Of a stretch of 64,000 bases of DNA, positions 58,685 through 64,000 are shown piece after piece. Source of the DNA: an uncultured delta proteobacterium (GTDB lineage Bacteria > Bdellovibrionota > FAC87 > UBA2466). The notes beneath the pieces are model-generated. The model saw nothing but the letters and a program-made list of their open reading frames with translations, did not search any database and was not told where the DNA came from. Both the position numbers and the translations under genes were made by a program. Every line of letters starts with the position of its first letter. Positions within the stretch are counted from its first letter, which is position 1. The DNA is taken from NCBI GenBank assembly GCA_963778115.1, contig CAVZSV010000004.1, positions 2,368,001-2,432,000 of the forward strand. The letters run 5' to 3'.

Positions 58685-59580
58685 AATCAAAAATTAACAA
58701 GAATATTTCCGAAGAGACTAAGGAACGCGTCGCCAAGGGCGAGGTTTCGCAATCTAAAGTGGATGCCTATTACCGACTGCTAGGACGAATTGAGAAAGAG
58801 ATCATGCCCCACCCGGTGATCACCAAGAACGAATTCACGGCATGGTTTCAGCACGGTCGGTTTGATCGCGAGGATCTTCGCCACTTTTTGGTTCAGTTTT
58901 CCGTCTTTTCTAATTGGTTTATTGAAGCGCAGCTTCGAAAAACTCTGAACGCGCCGACTTTGGAAGCGATGCGAGCTTCCAAAGAAATTTTACTCAATGA
59001 ACTGGGCGTCGCCTTCCGTCCCAAGTCCGCCACGAATAACGGAATTAGCGATGACGCCAATCCCGATATCGTCATTAATACCGAAGGAAGCATAGAAGGT
59101 GGCTCCTTCCGTTTCCAAGCGGCCCATTTCGAATGGCTACTGCGAATGACTTCCCACGTCGGTTTACAATTTGGAGATATCGGCAAACGCCGCCATGGAA
59201 CGAAAAACACTCTTTTCTTCTGCGACGAACTGGCTCGGATTTATGGTTCTGACGATGGAGATGTCGCTCTGGGAGCCAGCTTTTCCGTTGAGAACTGGGC
59301 AGCGGCGGGTTTTTGGAAAGAGTTGATCTCGGGCTTAGAAGTCTTCAAAAAGCGCGAGTGTCCTGGCCTTCCGCTCGCCTTCTTTCTCTGGCACGATCGA
59401 GTCGAAGATCAACACGCCGCTCATACGTGGGACGAACTTGAGGAAGAATATTTTTCCGCCGATATCAACGAAGACAAGTTCATTTCCGCGGGCAAAGAGA
59501 TGTTAGACGGGGTAAATGCCTTTTGGGTCGGGCTTAACGAAGACCGTTTACGCCGAGAAAAGTCTCGTAAGATCGCCTAA
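58681..59580 (+). CDS. Heme-oxygenase-like diiron enzyme (HDO; PqqC/CADD/TenA fold)
   Basis: Ligand-like set ILLNE, AAHFEW, SVE, FFLWH..VEDQH. ATGA overlap with hmgA. Confidence 0.75.
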   Translation: MKSKINKNISEETKERVAKGEVSQSKVDAYYRLLGRIEKEIMPHPVITKNEFTAWFQHGRFDREDLRHFLVQFSVFSNWFIEAQLRKTLNAPTLEAMRASKEILLNELGVAFRPKSATNNGISDDANPDIVINTEGSIEGGSFRFQAAHFEWLLRMTSHVGLQFGDIGKRRHGTKNTLFFCDELARIYGSDDGDVALGASFSVENWAAAGFWKELISGLEVFKKRECPGLPLAFFLWHDRVEDQHAAHTWDELEEEYFSADINEDKFISAGKEMLDGVNAFWVGLNEDRLRREKSRKIA

Positions 59581-59627
59581 CCGCAGTTTGTTCAAAGGCC
59601 CTCTAGGGGAGTTCAGAGGGGGCAGCT

Positions 59628-59645
59628 CGTCTCAAAATTGAGACG
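59628..59645. promoter_or_regulatory. Palindrome CGTCTCAA-AA-TTGAGACG, putative operator
   Basis: Perfect 8-bp arms about 100 nt upstream of the gpV-like gene. Confidence 0.45.
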
Positions 59646-59747
59646 CTCTTCTCATCTGTGAACGTCTTTCCCCCCTATCTTCTCGATTCTCTGTGCGAAT
59701 CTCTGGTACACCGCTTGCACTCTCTCCCAAGGGAGGAGTTCTTCTCG

Positions 59748-60383
59748 ATGAAGTTTCATGAAGCCGCTAAGTCCGTCTATTCACGGGCCTTGGTCACGGA
59801 CAACAAAGATCCCGATAAATTGGGTCGGGTCAAGGTCGTCTACCCCCACTTTTCGGGGGATGCCGCACAACTTCCTTCGGAATGGGCAAGGGTCTGTCAG
59901 CCCTATGCCTCAAAGGGAAATGGCAGTTGGTTCCTGCCTGACGTGGGCGATGAAGTTCTGGTCCTGTTTCAGGGTGAGAATTTGGAACATCCCATCGTGA
60001 TGGGAACTTTCTATAGCTCCAAAAACCAACCTCCGACCTCAGGTCGTCCCGGAGATCTGAACGACGACGGAAAAAATAGCATTAAATTTTTTCGCTCTCG
60101 CGCGGGAAACCTCTTGGTCTTCGATGACACATCGGGGAAAGAGGGGATAACCGTAAAAGATTCTCAAGGCGCTGAACTTAGGTTGGAAAAGGGGAAGATA
60201 GCCTTAGGCAATAAATCGGGTGAGCTTTTCGATCTACTCGAACAGCTTTTGGATTGTTTAAATCAGAACGCCCCTCAATTTGTTTCGACAGCCGTGGGTC
60301 CGGGATCGCTAAATCCGGCGGTCCAGCAAAAAATAAACGATACCAAAGAAAAATTAAGCCAGATGAAAGGCAAGTTAGACTGA
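59748..60383 (+). CDS. Phage baseplate assembly protein V / gp5 OB-fold spike protein (VgrG C-terminal-like)
   Basis: VTDNKDPDKLGRVKV, WARV..PYA....G.WFLPDVGDEVLV.F......PIVMG. GGAGGAG RBS before ATG 59748. Confidence 0.88.
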   Translation: MKFHEAAKSVYSRALVTDNKDPDKLGRVKVVYPHFSGDAAQLPSEWARVCQPYASKGNGSWFLPDVGDEVLVLFQGENLEHPIVMGTFYSSKNQPPTSGRPGDLNDDGKNSIKFFRSRAGNLLVFDDTSGKEGITVKDSQGAELRLEKGKIALGNKSGELFDLLEQLLDCLNQNAPQFVSTAVGPGSLNPAVQQKINDTKEKLSQMKGKLD

Positions 60384-60925
60384 TGCCGCTCGAGCCACTG
60401 GACAATTGGAATCAGACGCTAAAGCAGATCGAAGCGACAGATCAGGCCGACTGGGGAGGCAAAATAGCGCAGTGGCTATTCGAACGAAGTACGGGGAAGT
60501 TGCAACTGATGCCGGTGGTGGGTCCGGTGAGTTTTACTTTCCAAAAAGCAATTTTCGAAGCGCGTCTTCGAGAACTTCGTCCTGCCCAGAAAGCGATGGA
60601 GGCCGCTATTAAATGGAGTGATGCCTGGGAAGCGGCCATTAACGCTTCTACCATGGTGGTCGCACCGGGGGCATTTCTGGGAGCTCCCACGCCGGCGACG
60701 ATGTGGTCCGTTGCCACGGCGGTTATTGATGCCGGTTCCGTCCAAGCCGGGAAAAAGCTTCTCGTTCAAAAATTATCTCAGGCCAAATTAGTAAATAAAA
60801 CCGAAGAGAATCAGTTCGCGGAAGCCTTTCGAATGGCCTTTCTTGCCGTAACCGCCACGGTCACCGGCGTTTCCATGACCTTTCCACCCCTTCCGCTCGT
60901 TGGCCCTTTTCTTCCTGCGGCCTAA
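60383..60925 (+). CDS. Hypothetical protein coupled to the gpV-like gene (possible spike-tip partner)
   Basis: TGATG overlap at 60381-60385; MPLEPLDNW...; Ala/Val/Pro-rich. Confidence 0.7.
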   Translation: MPLEPLDNWNQTLKQIEATDQADWGGKIAQWLFERSTGKLQLMPVVGPVSFTFQKAIFEARLRELRPAQKAMEAAIKWSDAWEAAINASTMVVAPGAFLGAPTPATMWSVATAVIDAGSVQAGKKLLVQKLSQAKLVNKTEENQFAEAFRMAFLAVTATVTGVSMTFPPLPLVGPFLPAA

Positions 60926-61206
60926 GATTTATTGCAACCGTTAGCCACTAAAGTACCAAAAAGATAAGGCAGCATAAAACTTTGGAGACGAATGGACTGG
61001 AATGCGATTGTGGAACAGCTCACATTATTGGAGCGAGCTCGGAGACTAATTTTCTGGAGAGGATTAAGTCCGTGAAATAAAGGGCGAGTGTGCCGATCAC
61101 TGCGGGGCTCGAAAAAAAATGGCTGTCATTGTGATGATCAGAAGCGAAGCGACTCGGCGAAGCATTCTCGTAGCAAGAGTACCCCGTCTTTAGGCTATAA
61201 TATGTC

Positions 61207-62019
61207 ATGGGATCCAAGCTTACTAAGGCCTCTCTCGTTTTGGTGTTCCTTACGATCCTGCTGCCCACCTCGTCTCCCGCCTTCTTTTTCCGGAGACGAA
61301 TACCCGCTTGGTACTGGTTCCCGTATTATCGTTCCTCGACATCCAGACACCAGTCCAGCACGTTTCGGCCGTCCTTCGGCCGTTCTCGCCAGTTTCCCTT
61401 GGGAAGTATTTGGGGGCCGGTTCCCTCGACGACGGCGCAACCTTCTCTTTTCAATTCCCAACCCGACCACGCGGGGTCACGGCAAGACGCCAGTGTGGGA
61501 AGACCGGTGGATCTTTCCGCTAGGCCTGCCACAGGAATTTCCCCCGGGGCGCGTTCTAAGCCGAGTTTCTATCATAATCTCAACTTTCCTTCCCCCAATG
61601 GCTTTTTCTACGCGCACTTGGGAACCTGTGCGGGGCCCCAAGTCACCACACTTCAGCCTCAAAAGCCTGACGAAATTGAGCCCGGTACCATTCACATTCG
61701 GGTTAAGCGATCTGCCGACATGCAGGCCTTTATTCGAGGCGCTTTTCGCCTGGGAGCTAAATCGGTAGAATTTAATACCGTGAGTCCCTGCCAACGAGAG
61801 TTCGCCGGAAACCCGGGCCTTGCCGATATCGAAATTGAAACGATCGTGACCGTTGCGCCCGGAGATGAGATCCGGTTCGCGGGCCAATGTGGAATCCAGC
61901 TCAGGGCCTTTCCGTCAGACGCGGACGTCCCCACCTGTTATTTGGTAAGCCCCAGCATGAATACCGATATGCGCCGGGCCTGGTCAGAACACCCGGACAC
62001 CTACCGAAAAGTTCCTTAG
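61207..62019 (+). CDS. Exported hypothetical protein
   Basis: Signal-peptide-like N-terminus, low-complexity linker, globular C-terminal part with Cys residues. Confidence 0.6.
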   Translation: MGSKLTKASLVLVFLTILLPTSSPAFFFRRRIPAWYWFPYYRSSTSRHQSSTFRPSFGRSRQFPLGSIWGPVPSTTAQPSLFNSQPDHAGSRQDASVGRPVDLSARPATGISPGARSKPSFYHNLNFPSPNGFFYAHLGTCAGPQVTTLQPQKPDEIEPGTIHIRVKRSADMQAFIRGAFRLGAKSVEFNTVSPCQREFAGNPGLADIEIETIVTVAPGDEIRFAGQCGIQLRAFPSDADVPTCYLVSPSMNTDMRRAWSEHPDTYRKVP

Positions 62020-62366
62020 CTCTTGCAGCTCGTTAAGGACTGAGTAAAGCAATCGTTACTCGACATCGTGGTACTTTGAGAGCAATAGGCCGCCGTCTGA
62101 GTGACGCACGAGGAATATCCCGTGAGCGCCCCTTTGCACGCTGAACTGGCGTAGGTGAAGCAGGCATTTGAGGAATTGGTGGTGCCGGTATTGCAGTAGC
62201 TCGCAATATCCTTAATGCAGTTGGGATCGGTGGGAACCACCCCCGACGTCGTACAACTATAAACGGTGCCGTCGATATTTACTGAGACCTGTTGTGGTGT
62301 CTCGGCCATTGCAGAAAACGTGGTTAATAGACTCAATCCCAAGACGAATAGACTGATTTTCATCAT
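62016..62366 (-). CDS. Small secreted Cys-rich protein with a tandem duplicated module
   Basis: GGAGGTGGGGG RBS, MMKISLFVLGLSLLTTFSAMA signal, two C-x7-C-x10-C-x7-C units. Confidence 0.8.
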   Translation of the reverse strand: MMKISLFVLGLSLLTTFSAMAETPQQVSVNIDGTVYSCTTSGVVPTDPNCIKDIASYCNTGTTNSSNACFTYASSACKGALTGYSSCVTQTAAYCSQSTTMSSNDCFTQSLTSCKS

Positions 62367-62629
62367 TGATTCCCCCCACCTCCTTTTTTTCATTTTTGGC
62401 GGGGACGTCAATAAAATCGTTTGACGTGGTGCGACTAAGATAAAGCCAGAGAAGACTCGCTTTTTTTCTGAAACGTTCAAATACCTAAGATCAGGTGCTT
62501 AGTGGTGACCATAGTGAAGTTCTTGTATTCGTTAAGCAGTGGAGTCAAAATCTCTATGACGCCAATTCGTACAATCGAAAACCCAAACCAAGAGAGACTT
62601 CATTGAAACGGCCACAATCCTCTTTCGTT

Positions 62630-64000
62630 ATGACGGAGAGCGACAGATTTTTTTCTCTCCTCCCGGTGGTTTCAGTCGTTTTTCTGGTCTTTTTTGAGGT
62701 CCCGTTGGCCTTCAACGTGCGATCGATTCTAGACGACACCTGCTATTTGGGCTGGCTCCATCGCTTTCTTCTGATGCCGGAAAACGCTTGTCCTCATCCC
62801 TACCACCTTCCCGGCATTGCGGTGCTTTGGATACCGGCCGGAATAGCGGGAAGGCTAAGTGCATTGTTAACAAAAACCGATTCGTTCCATTTCATTTCGA
62901 TGTTCATCGGACTCACGTCCTTTGCTTGTTGGGCCGGCTCCTTATTTTTGGTGGAAAAGATCGGACTAAATCTCGTCTCCGATAAAGAGCAACGCCTTAG
63001 CCCTTTTCTCGTCGTCATGTTTCTGCTTTCGGTCCCGGTCCTTCACTACGCGACAGCCCGAAGTACCATGGCTCATGCCGGCGAAATCCTTCTCGCTCTA
63101 GCTACCGTCTACTTCGCTTCCGAAGACAAATTTACTCTTAGTCTGGTGTCAGCCCTTTGGTTGTGCGCGACACGAGTCAACGATGCGCCTATATTGCTTG
63201 TGGTATTGGGCCGATTCTTGGACAGGCATCCGGTTCGGCTTCGCGAAATGACGCCCCCTCAGAAACGCTGGATAGCCGGGGCCTTAGTCGTTTGTGGGTT
63301 GGCGGCCATCCCCGTCATAGACTTAGCCTTCATCCACCAATACGGGGGACCGACAGCGATGCCCCTTTTGGGAATATTGAAATCGGTATCGTGGTTTGAA
63401 ATGAAGCGAGTGCTTTGGGGAGATTATTGGGGCCTCTTTTTTACCGGCCCCTTTTGGCTTCTCTGTCTGGGCGCCGGAGTGGTCCTTCTAAAGCGTCTTT
63501 CCTGGATGGCGCGAGCTTCTTTGGTATGGATGGTCTTACTCCTGCTGGTAGCGGTCGGATGGGAAGGGATGGGAAATTCGTTTGGCTATCGTTACTTGAT
63601 AGGAACTTACGCTGGTTGTCTTGTGATTTGGTTAGAGCTTCTTCCCATCTTGGGTGCCAAAGCTCGGGCACTATTCAAATCTGCACTGGTGCTCGAAGCG
63701 CTCTGGTTAACTCATCTGACCTGGGTTTACGATCACTTCTCTAATTACTGGGAGATAGCGACTCATTGGAAAGGCATGCATTCCGTTAAAGACCTGATCT
63801 ATCCCGTGACTCGATTCGGCCTGTCACCACTAGGAATTTTAGCGAAGTCTCTTTTATATCCCGCTTCGCGAACCGAAAAGTTTACCGGCCCTTTCGAATC
63901 TCACTTGGGAAGGACGGCTCTTTGGGTTAATGCAATTTTGGTAATAGGAATGTTGGGAGTCGCGGTTTACTCGATTCAGCGGCTAAGAGGCTTCAACAAG
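62630..64000 (+). CDS. Polytopic GT-C-like membrane protein, runs off the window
   Basis: Not in the ORF track because it has no stop in the window. Read manually from ATG 62630 (or TTG 62603): MTESDRFFSLLPVVSVVFLVFF...ILDDTCYLGW...HLPG...FGYRYL..., open to 64000. Confidence 0.75.
   Translation, partial: MTESDRFFSLLPVVSVVFLVFFEVPLAFNVRSILDDTCYLGWLHRFLLMPENACPHPYHLPGIAVLWIPAGIAGRLSALLTKTDSFHFISMFIGLTSFACWAGSLFLVEKIGLNLVSDKEQRLSPFLVVMFLLSVPVLHYATARSTMAHAGEILLALATVYFASEDKFTLSLVSALWLCATRVNDAPILLVVLGRFLDRHPVRLREMTPPQKRWIAGALVVCGLAAIPVIDLAFIHQYGGPTAMPLLGILKSVSWFEMKRVLWGDYWGLFFTGPFWLLCLGAGVVLLKRLSWMARASLVWMVLLLLVAVGWEGMGNSFGYRYLIGTYAGCLVIWLELLPILGAKARALFKSALVLEALWLTHLTWVYDHFSNYWEIATHWKGMHSVKDLIYPVTRFGLSPLGILAKSLLYPASRTEKFTGPFESHLGRTALWVNAILVIGMLGVAVYSIQRLRGFNK

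Noticed and set aside
59748..60925. Complete T6SS or prophage
   Set aside because: Only a spike-like gene and one partner are present; no tss, capsid, terminase or tail genes in the window.

Overview
Core chromosomal DNA, most consistent with a Bdellovibrionota/Oligoflexia-like deltaproteobacterium. This is an inference from gene content: an Agl-Glt-type motor operon, two short tandem flagellins and many secreted orphans. The window holds nfo, plsY, tRNA-Arg(UCG), a hybrid histidine kinase, an Agl/Glt (TolQR-TonB-TPR) operon headed by a GYF_2-PilZ gene, and an icd-mdh-sucCD-ndk operon. It continues with phhB-htrA, a CheD-like pseudo-enzyme, two flagellins, a sigma54 activator without a sensor domain, and a ~19 kb surface-glycosylation locus (GT2s, GT-C-like membrane proteins, a split Rieske oxygenase). 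The end has an A-type cytochrome c oxidase operon, hmgA coupled to a heme-oxygenase-like diiron enzyme, and an orphan gpV/gp5-like spike pair. The best candidate for an undescribed system is the translationally coupled three-gene unit at 4279-6137 behind a sigma54-type promoter. It encodes an exported precursor with three Asp/Tyr/Gly repeats, an SdpA/DUF5819-like protein, and an HTTM/SdpB-like membrane enzyme that keeps the catalytic-Lys motif of vitamin K-dependent carboxylases. I saw no CRISPR array, rRNA, integrase or transposase. All family assignments come from motif recognition by eye, not from database searches.
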